Positions 9,089 through 17,387 are shown, counted from the first letter of the stretch. The stretch: 17,732 nt of DNA from Vulcanimicrobiales bacterium (GCA_038231455.1 JBBRLI010000038.1:1-17732); one strand, 5' to 3'. Numbers and translations are program-made. The notes: generated by a model not told the origin, from the letters alone.

Positions 9089-9118
9089 GAGCACGCTTAA
9101 GTGCTCGCCGAGTCGCCG

Positions 9119-9142
9119 CTTTAAAACCTAAAGTCCGGGTAT
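9119..9142 (+). promoter_or_regulatory. Putative SigB/SigF-type general-stress promoter
   Basis: CTTTAA (9119-9124), 12-bp spacer, GGGTAT (9137-9142), close to the SigB consensus GTTTAA-N12-14-GGGTAT. Lies upstream of a general-stress-type gene with an AGGAGG RBS (9161-9166). Confidence 0.5.
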
Positions 9143-9173
9143 CAGCGCTTAGCCACCAACAGGAGGGGCATTT

Positions 9174-9680
9174 TTGATGGATACTCTGGTTACCGGTACG
9201 TTTCATGACGAAGCAGCAGCAAATCGCGCGATCGATCGTCTCGTCGATCTCGGCTATCCCAGCGATGACATCAGTGTCATCATGAGCAAAGAAACGCGCA
9301 GCCACTTTGAAAAGAATGCGGCTCCCGGTGAATCACAGGGTGCGCATATTGCCAAGGGCGCGGCAGGCGGAGCCGCAATCGGCGGAACGCTCGGCGCGCT
9401 GGTCTTAGGCGCACTCGCAACGACCGGCGCCGTCGGCGCAACGGTCGCAACGGGGGGTATCGCTGGCCCGTTCGTCGTCGGACCGCTCGCAGCAGCACTT
9501 GCCGGTGCGGGCGCAGGCGCAGCGGCCGGTAGCGGCCTCGGCGCGATCTTCGGTGCGGCAACCCCGCACGAGACCGTCGAAAAAGTTCAAAAAGATGTCG
9601 ACGCAGGACACATCGTCGTCGCCCTTCATGCCGAAGCGGATGATGTCGCCGAAGCCGAGACCATCCTGCACCACGGATAA
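9174..9680 (+). CDS. General stress protein (YflT-like N-terminal domain plus Gly/Ala-rich glycine-zipper membrane segment)
   Basis: AGGAGG RBS; start is TTG 9174 or ATG 9177. Sequence VTGTF...AANRAIDRL...GY...DISVI, then GAAGGAAIGGTLGAL...VVGPLAAALAGAGAGAAAG, and C-terminal GHIVVAL...AETIL. Confidence 0.8.
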   Translation: MMDTLVTGTFHDEAAANRAIDRLVDLGYPSDDISVIMSKETRSHFEKNAAPGESQGAHIAKGAAGGAAIGGTLGALVLGALATTGAVGATVATGGIAGPFVVGPLAAALAGAGAGAAAGSGLGAIFGAATPHETVEKVQKDVDAGHIVVALHAEADDVAEAETILHHG

Positions 9681-9702
9681 CCGCAAGTCGGTAAAAATGA
9701 CG

Positions 9703-9740
9703 GAGATGAGAGAGCGGTACTCTCTCATCTCTTTTCATTT
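9703..9740 (+). terminator. Intrinsic terminator after the stress-protein gene
   Basis: Perfect 12-bp stem GAGATGAGAGAG-CGGTA-CTCTCTCATCTC followed by TTTTCATTT. The flanking AAATGA/TCATTT can extend the pairing. Confidence 0.8.
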
Positions 9741-9826
9741 GAGGCGTAGCACGTACTCGGGTTACAGGGCGTGGAAGCATGCTAGCGAACCGCGAACCGA
9801 AGCGCCTGTTGGCAAAGGAGTCGACC

Positions 9827-9949
9827 GTGGAAGAACGTCCAAAAGAAGAATCGGCGATTGAATCGGAAGTGCAGCAACCGGACCCCAAAAAAGAATTGCA
9901 CGGGACGGCACACCCGCCCGCGAATGAAGGCGTTATTCCCTCGAATTAA
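9827..9949 (+). CDS. Small acidic, hydrophilic hypothetical protein (40 aa; 56 aa if the in-frame ATG at 9779 is used)
   Basis: Below the ORF-track cutoff. AAGGAG lies 6 nt before GTG 9827; translation MEERPKEESAIESEVQQPDPKKELHGTAHPPANEGVIPSN*. Confidence 0.5.
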   Translation: MEERPKEESAIESEVQQPDPKKELHGTAHPPANEGVIPSN

Positions 9950-9976
9950 CCCGCCACCAGAGGAGCGATTTCCGGG

Positions 9977-10455
9977 ATGCATCGTTTATCCATCGGTACT
10001 TTTCGATTGTTTCATCAGCGGGGCTGGCTCTTTCAGGATGCTCGGGCGGGAGCACGGCCTTGCCGCCAGCGTCGACGACGGTCATTTCCGGTGAATATCT
10101 GGGTACGACGACCGATCCGGTTGGCGGCGCGCAGCCGGCAGCTACGACATTCGCGCAACACGGAAACGCCGTTGGCGGAACGTTAATCATTGGCGCGGGG
10201 CCGACGAGTACGCCGGAGTCGATCGCACTCACGATCTCCGGTTCGGCTCTGAGCGGAAGCGGCACGGCGACCTTTAACGGGACCGTCTGCACGTTTGCGA
10301 TCACTGCGACATATACCAATAATCAGATTAGCGGAACGTACGTTCCGGTCGGCGGGTGCGCCGGGCGAAGCGGCACGATCTCGCTCACACAACAGTGTGC
10401 GAACCCCGCGGCATCGGTCGCGCGTCGTGCGCAGGGCGTCGTGCCCTCCTGCTAG
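9977..10455 (+). pseudogene. Beta-rich, Cys-containing lipoprotein whose start is out of frame (frameshift near 10000-10003 or non-canonical start)
   Basis: The frame of ORF 10060..10455 extends upstream through ...FSIVSSAGLALSGC-SGG (lipobox LSGC) but has no ATG/GTG/TTG between the TGA at 9925-9927 and the lipobox. ATG 9977 (AGGAG at 9961-9965) is in another frame; adding one T to the TTTT run at 10000-10003 gives MHRLSIGTFSIVSSAGLALSGC. Confidence 0.55.
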
Positions 10456-13007
10456 ATCGTTTGTGCGAGCGCGACGGCGCGCTCGTCGTCGAGATCGGCG
10501 CCTTGCGCGAAGAGTAAGGCGAGTTTTTGCTCATCGTAGGCCGCGCGTAGCTCGCTCAGGAGTCGCTCGATGCGCAGTTCGTCGGTGTTGTCGGGTTTCC
10601 AACCTAAGTCCGAGAGCCGCGCTTGCGAATAGCCGAAGAGTTGAGCGGCCGCTGCGAGGTCGACGTGTGCAGCGACCGCCGCTAGATAGCTGATCGCGTT
10701 CGCGATGATGGCAGCATGATTCGATTCGTAGGCAAGTTGGAGCACTTCGCGCGCGGCCGGGCCGCCGCGTTCGATATCCGGGATTGCGAGTGCGCTTGCA
10801 GCTACGTTGTTGAGCGCGTAGAGACGCAGGTCGCCCGTCGCGAGGTTCAACGCTTCAAGCGAGAGCTCGATGCCGCGTTCGAATTCTCCCGCGCCGATTT
10901 CGGCGATCGCCCACCAGTTGAGCGCGTTTGCGATTTCGTAGTCGCGCCCGAGCGTTCGGAAAAGCGCAACACACTCGGCATAATCGGCGCGTGCGCGCTC
11001 AAGTTCTTCGGCGCGATAGATGATACCGCAGCGTTGCAACGTCGATGCGATGAGGCGCGCCTCGCCGAGCGCCCGTGCCCCCGCGATCGCCTCGGCCGCG
11101 AGTGCGACGGCATCGTCGTAGTTGCCTTGGCGCCCAACTTGCTGCGCTAGTTGTGAGAGCGCGCGAACCAGGCCGCGCGTGTCATCGCTTTCGCGATAGC
11201 GTTCGACCGCGCGGCGCACGTCCGCACTCGCAGCAGTCAGTGCGACGCGATTGTTGTTGAGCATTGACATCCCGTAACGCAATCGCGCCTCGACGCTTGG
11301 CGGCAGAATTCCCGCTCTTGTTAACGCTTTCTCGCACCAGGAAACGCCTTCTGCCAAGAGCGCTAGGCGAAGGAACACCGGGACGCAATCACCGGCCAGT
11401 CGCGCACCGAGTGCCGGATCGTTCGCTTCATCGACCGACCACGTGAGCGCGACGCGAAGATTGTCGAGTTCCGCGCGCATCCGGGAGAGCCAGTCGGCAC
11501 GTGGCGCGTTGTCCCACTCCTCGTATGCGGTTGCCGCAAGGGCCGCGAAGAACGCCGCATGTCGCCACGCGACATCCGCCGATTCGCCTTCGGCAAGCCG
11601 GTCGCGCGCGTAGTCGTGGATTGACTGCAGCATGTGATAGCGCTGGCCGGCGTCATCGATTTCAGCGACGACGAGCGACTTGTCGACGAGCGAAGAGAGT
11701 AAATCGAGCGCGTCGTATGGCTCGATTGGATCGAATCCGGCTATGTCGGTAATCGCGTCGAGCGTGAATGTGCCGCCGAAAGCGGCAGCCCGTCGAAAGA
11801 GCGCTGCTTCGCTATCGACAAGAAGATCGTAGCTCCAATCGATGAGCGCGCGCAGCGTTTGCTGATGCGGCAGCGCCGTGCGGGTCCCACCCGTGAGGAT
11901 CCGGAAACGCTCGTTCAATCGGCGCGCGAGTTCGTCGACCGAGATGACCCGCACGCGCGCTGCCGCAAGTTCGATTGCAAGCGCGAGTCCGTCGAGCCGC
12001 TTGCAGATCGACTCGACCGTTACGGCGTTGGCCGGCGAGAGTTCGAAGAGCGGATTGCTAGCGACCGCGCGTTCGCAGAAGAGTTTCACCGCCGTCGTCG
12101 TGTCAAATGGCTTTAGGCGGTACACGCGTTCCCCCGCAAGATTGAGCGATTCGCGGCTCGTCGCGAGGATCGTGGCCGCCGGGCACGCATTGACGATCGC
12201 AGTAACGACGCGCGAGACTTCGGCAACGATGTGTTCGCAGTTGTCCAAGACGAGGCCGACGTTTCGCTGGCCGATCGTGCGAACGAGCGACTCGATCGGG
12301 GGACGCTCGCCGCCATCGGTCGCGCCGATCGTTGTCAGGATCGTCGAGGCGATAAGCGCGGGATCTGATATCGGCGAGAGATCGACAAACCAGACGTCAT
12401 CGCCGAGGTCGTCTTTTTCCATTGCGGCTGCCAGCGCAAGCCGCGTTTTGCCAACGCCACCCGGCCCGACGATCGTGACGAGCGGCGCCTCACCTAAGAG
12501 AGCGATGACGCGCGTGAGATCCTCACTACGGCCGATAAAGCTCGTGCCCATGCGCGGCAAATTGCGTTGACGGCGGGGCGATTCGGCTTTGGTGCGTTTG
12601 GGTGCGAGCACGTTGCGCACGGCGCCCGGGAGCATCGCAAGCGCTCCGGCAAAATCGTCGAATGCATCGAGCCATTGCCGGCGTCGGAGATAAAATTCAG
12701 CCCCAGCGTACGGATCGATTTTTTCGATGCGCACGCTCAGGATGGGCAGGCTGCGGCTCGATGCGAGTTCGAGTTCGTTGAGTACCGCATCCGAGTCGTT
12801 TGCGGCGCGTGAATACACGAGCACGACGATGCGGCTTGCGGCGATCGCGTCGACAAGGAAATGCGCGTACGACACGCCAGGCTTACCGTCGCGTGGTGCG
12901 ATCCAACAGGTAAGGCCGTCGGCCTCGAGCGCTGCGCAAATGGCATCCGCTGCCGCGCGGTCGAACGTCGAGTAGCTGATGAAGACGTCGTGTGCGTTTG
13001 GCGGCAC
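10452..13007 (-). CDS. TIR domain + STAND/AP-ATPase (NB-ARC-like, COG3903-type) + TPR-like helical repeat protein
   Basis: Probable GTG start at 13007, 2 nt after the upstream stop (the ORF track extends to TTG 13064). TIR: HDVFISYS...GLTCW...DAIAASRIVVLVYSRAANDSDAVLNELELA. ATPase: NLP...SFIGR, Walker A GPGGVGKT, Walker B LVLDNCEH, LATSRE, GLALAIELAAAR, TLRALIDWSYDLL, LVDKSLV. The C-terminal third has alanine-rich TPR-like repeats. Confidence 0.9.
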   Translation of the reverse strand: MPPNAHDVFISYSTFDRAAADAICAALEADGLTCWIAPRDGKPGVSYAHFLVDAIAASRIVVLVYSRAANDSDAVLNELELASSRSLPILSVRIEKIDPYAGAEFYLRRRQWLDAFDDFAGALAMLPGAVRNVLAPKRTKAESPRRQRNLPRMGTSFIGRSEDLTRVIALLGEAPLVTIVGPGGVGKTRLALAAAMEKDDLGDDVWFVDLSPISDPALIASTILTTIGATDGGERPPIESLVRTIGQRNVGLVLDNCEHIVAEVSRVVTAIVNACPAATILATSRESLNLAGERVYRLKPFDTTTAVKLFCERAVASNPLFELSPANAVTVESICKRLDGLALAIELAAARVRVISVDELARRLNERFRILTGGTRTALPHQQTLRALIDWSYDLLVDSEAALFRRAAAFGGTFTLDAITDIAGFDPIEPYDALDLLSSLVDKSLVVAEIDDAGQRYHMLQSIHDYARDRLAEGESADVAWRHAAFFAALAATAYEEWDNAPRADWLSRMRAELDNLRVALTWSVDEANDPALGARLAGDCVPVFLRLALLAEGVSWCEKALTRAGILPPSVEARLRYGMSMLNNNRVALTAASADVRRAVERYRESDDTRGLVRALSQLAQQVGRQGNYDDAVALAAEAIAGARALGEARLIASTLQRCGIIYRAEELERARADYAECVALFRTLGRDYEIANALNWWAIAEIGAGEFERGIELSLEALNLATGDLRLYALNNVAASALAIPDIERGGPAAREVLQLAYESNHAAIIANAISYLAAVAAHVDLAAAAQLFGYSQARLSDLGWKPDNTDELRIERLLSELRAAYDEQKLALLFAQGADLDDERAVALAQTI

Positions 13008-13009
13008 GG

Positions 13010-14602
13010 TCAGCCCGATCCCAACGGAACTTCGATCCGGCGGCCGCGTCGGAGTGCGAGCCAATCGGCGCTCTCGTGCAGTGCTTCTTTCCCGAGGTCA
13101 TCGGCAATGAGCGAACGCGCGTGAGCGTTGCGCGGTTCGTCCCACGCATCGAGTGCTTGCGTAAAGAGTAAATCCATGCCGGCCAGACGCGCCGCCTCCT
13201 CGGACATCGCGACTTGCTTAATCCATGCCCCGATCGTCCCCGCGAGCGCCGGCAAGACCCCCATGAGCAGAATGAGTTCATGCCGGTATGCCTGCAGCCA
13301 CGGAACGACGTGCCCCGCGATCTCGCCGAGCGCGGCAAGCAGTCCCATCGCGTAGACAACCGCGCTGATTTGGTTGAGACCGTTGAGCCCTCGCTCGCGT
13401 CGCCGGGCGCTCCGACGAAAATAGTCGCGCTGATCGACGATCCAGGCGCGCACGACGGCCTCATCGATTGGTGCGTGATGCGCGGTGCACGCGGTGCGCC
13501 GTCGCGCGAGCGTCTGGAGCACCGCGTCGTCCGTTGTGAATGCGCGCAAGGCAAATTGAATCCAACGCAATTCATTCCGGTGCTTCCGTAAGTAATATTC
13601 GGAAACGGACCAGTTCAGACCGCTGCGCACCCACATGAGTTGGATGCGAAGCGCCTCAGCCAACGTTCGATAGTCGAGGTGCCGCTGCTCGAAATTCGCA
13701 CGTCGTCCGACGAACCATATGACCGCCCCGAGTCCCAGTGCGCAAAAGTAGACGAGCAGCGATGTGAACGGGTTACCGTATTCAGAGTAGACGGCGTAGG
13801 AGACCACAAGGAACGTCAGACTTGCAAAGACAGCCGCTCGCGCGGCGCGTACGCGTCCTTGCATGTGGAGCGCAAAGGCATCGGCGTGCGTGAATGCGCG
13901 TTCGAGTGCGCTGCCGTCTGGCAGACCGCGTCCAGGCGTGGCGTTGAAAACGTCGATCTCCGCGAGTGATTCAAGATATGGAGCGATCTCGTCTTGGGCG
14001 ATGAAGCCGACATCGTGCGATGGGCGATGGTGCGGCGCACGCTGACGGCGAATCGGGATATGATAGACGAGCCCCGATTCGATCGGATCGGTCAGCGCAG
14101 CGTCGGATACGAGACGCCGATTGAGTTTTGATGCGGTCGTGAAAGCGGTACCGCCGATTTCCTCGCGTTCGGACCCATCCCAGAGAGCGAGTAGAAGCTG
14201 GCAGCGAACGGCGAGGAAATCGGCGAGCAGAGCGTAGGTATCGTCGTGTGTCTGTGTTGCCGCAGCGTCGAGAACGATCGGCGGCCGACCGACCAAGAAG
14301 CGGTCGAACGCGGCGCGTGCCGTCGCGTCATCCGCGAACGCGTTAGCAAAAATTTCCGCGCGCACCGGAAGCACGGGCACGAGTTCTGCTCCGAACGTCA
14401 GTGCGATCTCGGCGACGAGTTGATCGGCGCCGGCGGCGAGTCCGCAGAACACGCGCAGCGGTGTGGACGGGAAGCGCTTTGCGAGCACCCGGAAAAACGT
14501 TGTGATGCTCGCGACCGTCTCGTCACGATCCTCGGCCAAGAGGTCGCGGTGTCCGGTCACCCCGATGAGGAGCGGAATCCGGTAGTCGGCTCCGGCTTGC
14601 AT
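13010..14602 (-). CDS. SLOG (SMF/DprA-LOG superfamily, YspA-like) domain fused to two SLATT-like 2-TM domains
   Basis: N-terminal IGVTGHRD, CGLAAGADQLVAE, VLP and LLALWDG...GGT are SLOG motifs. Then AD..A + 2 TM + HLDYRTLAEALR (SLATT/DUF4231-like), followed by WIVDQRDYF + 2 TM + ALHESADW (second SLATT-like unit). Assigned from motif recognition, not an HMM search. Confidence 0.75.
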   Translation of the reverse strand: MQAGADYRIPLLIGVTGHRDLLAEDRDETVASITTFFRVLAKRFPSTPLRVFCGLAAGADQLVAEIALTFGAELVPVLPVRAEIFANAFADDATARAAFDRFLVGRPPIVLDAAATQTHDDTYALLADFLAVRCQLLLALWDGSEREEIGGTAFTTASKLNRRLVSDAALTDPIESGLVYHIPIRRQRAPHHRPSHDVGFIAQDEIAPYLESLAEIDVFNATPGRGLPDGSALERAFTHADAFALHMQGRVRAARAAVFASLTFLVVSYAVYSEYGNPFTSLLVYFCALGLGAVIWFVGRRANFEQRHLDYRTLAEALRIQLMWVRSGLNWSVSEYYLRKHRNELRWIQFALRAFTTDDAVLQTLARRRTACTAHHAPIDEAVVRAWIVDQRDYFRRSARRRERGLNGLNQISAVVYAMGLLAALGEIAGHVVPWLQAYRHELILLMGVLPALAGTIGAWIKQVAMSEEAARLAGMDLLFTQALDAWDEPRNAHARSLIADDLGKEALHESADWLALRRGRRIEVPLGSG

Positions 14603-14701
14603 TGACCCACTATGTTGGCATGCGATGCCGCTTTGTCATGCACCCCGTCCTACAAGGGCACTGCGGGCCCGGCGGACGCGAGCGCGAATAGTGTTCTCTC
14701 G

Positions 14702-15187
14702 GTGCATGATAATAAGCCGTCCTCTGATGACCGTCGGACTCTTGGAGCGACACGCCCCGGATGGGACGAGTATTTCATGGAGATCGCGCGCTCTGTCGCG
14801 ACGCGGGCAACGTGCCCGCGCGCCAGCGTCGGCGCTGTCTTGGTTCGCGCGCACCGAATCCTCACGACCGGCTATAACGGTGCCCCCCGCGGCGTGGCGC
14901 ACTGCACCGAAATTGGCTGCCTGCTCGCGAACGAACATTGTCAGCGGGCCACACACGCCGAGGCAAACGCGATCGTTCAGGGTGCGCTTCACGGCGTCGG
15001 CCTTGAAGGCGCGACGGCGTACTGCACGCATCAGCCGTGCGTCAACTGCACGAAACTGCTGATCAGCGCCGGCATCGAGAAGATTATCTACGAGCAGGCC
15101 TATCCCGATGCGATTGCAACGCAGCTTCTCTCCGAGGCCGGAGTCGCACTCGTGCCGTTTTCCGCGCTCGAGAAAACGCGCAAGTGA
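14702..15187 (+). CDS. dCMP deaminase (cytidine/deoxycytidylate deaminase family, ComEB-like)
   Basis: Motifs [28 protein letters not shown] and PCVNC (Zn ligands). Start uncertain: GTG 14702 preferred over ATG 14612. Confidence 0.92.
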   Translation: MHDNKPSSDDRRTLGATRPGWDEYFMEIARSVATRATCPRASVGAVLVRAHRILTTGYNGAPRGVAHCTEIGCLLANEHCQRATHAEANAIVQGALHGVGLEGATAYCTHQPCVNCTKLLISAGIEKIIYEQAYPDAIATQLLSEAGVALVPFSALEKTRK

Positions 15188-16191
15188 GCAAGCTCTACAT
15201 TCTCATCACGATCGTGATCGCCATGATCACGGCGTATGCGACCACGCCGGCGGTGCGCCGACTGGCGCTGCAGGTGGGGATGCTCGATGAAACCGGCGAG
15301 CGCCGGATGCACGATATTCCGAAGCCTCGTATCGGCGGTATTGCCGTGTGGCTCGGCTTTGCGTTCGCTCTTTTTTCGATCGCGGGTTTTGCAATCGCTC
15401 GCCATCAATTACGGGATCTCGACTCGATCCACAATATTCTCGGCATCCTCTTCGGCGCAACGCTGATTTTGGTCGTTGGCATTTGGGACGACGTCATGAC
15501 GATGTCGGCGCGCAACAAGTTCGGCTTGCAAATCGTCGTCGCATCGGTCTCGATGCTTTACGGCTTCATCATTCAGGGTGTCGACTTACCGTTCACGCAC
15601 GATAAGTTCGTCGCGTTTCCGCTTTACGTGAGTATCCCGGTCACGCTGATCTGGTACCTCGGCATGATGAACGCAATCAACTTCATCGACGGACTCGACG
15701 GCTTACTGTCAGGCCTCACCGTCATCGCGGGCACCTCGATCATGCTGATCGCCTATCAGCACGGTCACACCAGCGAGACGCTGATCCTCGCCGCACTCAT
15801 CGGCGGCGCGCTCGGCTTTCTACCGCACAACTTCAACCCCGCAAAAATCATCTTAGGTGATTCGGGGGCGCTGTTCATTGGGTATGTCTTCGCCACGACC
15901 TCGATCATCGGCGGGAGCAAAACCGCGATCTCGGTGAGTTTACTCTTGCCCGTCATCGCGCTCGCGCTTCCGATCCTCGATACCGCCGTCACCATCGTGC
16001 GTCGCACGCGGGCGGGGAAAAAGATCACCGAAGCCGATCGCGGTCACTTCCACCACCAGCTCATCTTTCGATTCGGGCTGAACGTCAAACAGGCAGTTTT
16101 ACTGATCTATGCGCTCTGCATCGTCCTCGGCGTCGCCGCGCTCTTACTCTCCAATGGCATCGGCGGCACGCATTTCGCGCGGACGCTCTAA
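15184..16191 (+). CDS. MraY-family undecaprenyl-phosphate alpha-N-acetylglucosaminyl-1-phosphate transferase (TagO/WecA)
   Basis: GTG start overlapping the upstream stop (GTGA 15184-15187). Multi-TM protein with [47 protein letters not shown] and ADRGHFHH. Confidence 0.92.
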   Translation: MSKLYILITIVIAMITAYATTPAVRRLALQVGMLDETGERRMHDIPKPRIGGIAVWLGFAFALFSIAGFAIARHQLRDLDSIHNILGILFGATLILVVGIWDDVMTMSARNKFGLQIVVASVSMLYGFIIQGVDLPFTHDKFVAFPLYVSIPVTLIWYLGMMNAINFIDGLDGLLSGLTVIAGTSIMLIAYQHGHTSETLILAALIGGALGFLPHNFNPAKIILGDSGALFIGYVFATTSIIGGSKTAISVSLLLPVIALALPILDTAVTIVRRTRAGKKITEADRGHFHHQLIFRFGLNVKQAVLLIYALCIVLGVAALLLSNGIGGTHFARTL

Positions 16192-17373
16192 GTGAGCGCA
16201 CCGCTCCGCGTGATGATCGTGATGGGGACGCGTCCCGACACGATCAAGATGGCGCCGCTCGTCCTCGAATTGCAAAAGCATCGGCCCGCGATCGAACCGA
16301 TCGTCGTCGTCACCGCGCAGCATCGACAGATGCTCGATGAGGTGCTGAATCTCTTCGGCATCACCCCCGACTACGATCTCGATATCATGACGCCCGCGCA
16401 AACGCTTACCGAGATCACGACACGCGTGCTCATCGGCATGGAACCGGTGCTGCAGCAGGCGAAGCCCGACGTCGTGCTCGTGCACGGCGATACGACCACA
16501 TCGAGTGCTGCGGCGCTCGCGGCATTCTATGCAAAGATTCCGGTCGGACACGTCGAGGCCGGTCTGCGCACGAGTACGATCGCGGAGCCCTTTCCCGAAG
16601 AACTCAATCGCCGGATGACTGGCGTCATGGCGATGTATCACTTCGCTCCGACCGCTCGCTCGAAAGCAAATTTACTCGCAGAGCGCGTGATCGCAAAGAA
16701 CGTCTTCGTAACCGGCAACACCGTCATCGATGCGTTTCTTGCAACAGCGCGACTTGCCAATGGTCGGCGCGTACCGGCGCTCGAAGGCATCGACTCGACA
16801 CGCCCGCTCATTTTCGTCACGGCGCACCGCCGCGAAAATCACGACGCGATGTCCGAGATTGCCGAAGCCCTCAAAGAGATCGCCGCACTGCCAGAACGCC
16901 CGCAAATTTTGTGGCCCGTGCATCCCTCGCCGATGGTCAAGCCCGTTGCGCACCGGATCCTCGACGGGGTGTCGGGCGTGAGCTTAGTCGAGCCGCTCGA
17001 TTACGCCGATACGGTTGCGGTCGTGAAAGCCGCCCGCTTCGTGCTCACGGATTCCGGCGGACTTCAAGAAGAAGCGCCGACGCTCGGCAAACCCGTGCTC
17101 GTCATGCGCCGCGAAACCGAACGCCCTGAGGGTCTCGATGCGGGGACGCTGGAGCTGATCGGAACCGATCGCGCAACGATCGTCGCCAAAGCAAAAGCAC
17201 TCCTGAGCGATTCACCCGTGTTTCTCAAGATGGCACATGCGAGCAATCCGTACGGCGACGGACGAGCCTCCGAGCGTATTGCAGCTTTCTTGCTTGCGGA
17301 ATTCCGAGGCGGCGCGCGGCCGCACGAATTCTCGCTGGATATTGGAACGCAGGCGGTCGAGGCTTCCGCCTAG
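16192..17373 (+). CDS. wecB: UDP-N-acetylglucosamine 2-epimerase (non-hydrolysing)
   Basis: Motifs GTRP..IKMAP, TAQHRQMLD, VHGDTTT, GHVEAGLRT, PFPEELNR, TGNTVIDA, TAHRREN, TDSGGLQEEAP, TERPEG and NPYGDG. Confidence 0.96.
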   Translation: MSAPLRVMIVMGTRPDTIKMAPLVLELQKHRPAIEPIVVVTAQHRQMLDEVLNLFGITPDYDLDIMTPAQTLTEITTRVLIGMEPVLQQAKPDVVLVHGDTTTSSAAALAAFYAKIPVGHVEAGLRTSTIAEPFPEELNRRMTGVMAMYHFAPTARSKANLLAERVIAKNVFVTGNTVIDAFLATARLANGRRVPALEGIDSTRPLIFVTAHRRENHDAMSEIAEALKEIAALPERPQILWPVHPSPMVKPVAHRILDGVSGVSLVEPLDYADTVAVVKAARFVLTDSGGLQEEAPTLGKPVLVMRRETERPEGLDAGTLELIGTDRATIVAKAKALLSDSPVFLKMAHASNPYGDGRASERIAAFLLAEFRGGARPHEFSLDIGTQAVEASA

Positions 17374-17387
17374 CCGAAGACCAGCCG

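Noticed and set aside
9089-9106. GAGCAC-GCTTAA-GTGCTC hairpin as the terminator of the ycxB-like gene
   Set aside because: It has only a 6-bp stem and no U-tract, too weak to call.
13008-13064. 55-bp overlap and TTG start for the TIR protein, or a fused SLOG-SLATT-TIR-ATPase protein
   Set aside because: A GTG at 13007 directly after the upstream stop gives a clean coupled start just before the TIR domain. The two ORFs are in different frames with no slippery site evident.
14702-15187. dCMP deaminase as a third, nucleotide-depleting component of the candidate defence system
   Set aside because: It is divergently transcribed from the pair, overlaps tagO/wecA, is a short stand-alone enzyme with no fused kinase domain, and sits in its usual housekeeping position.
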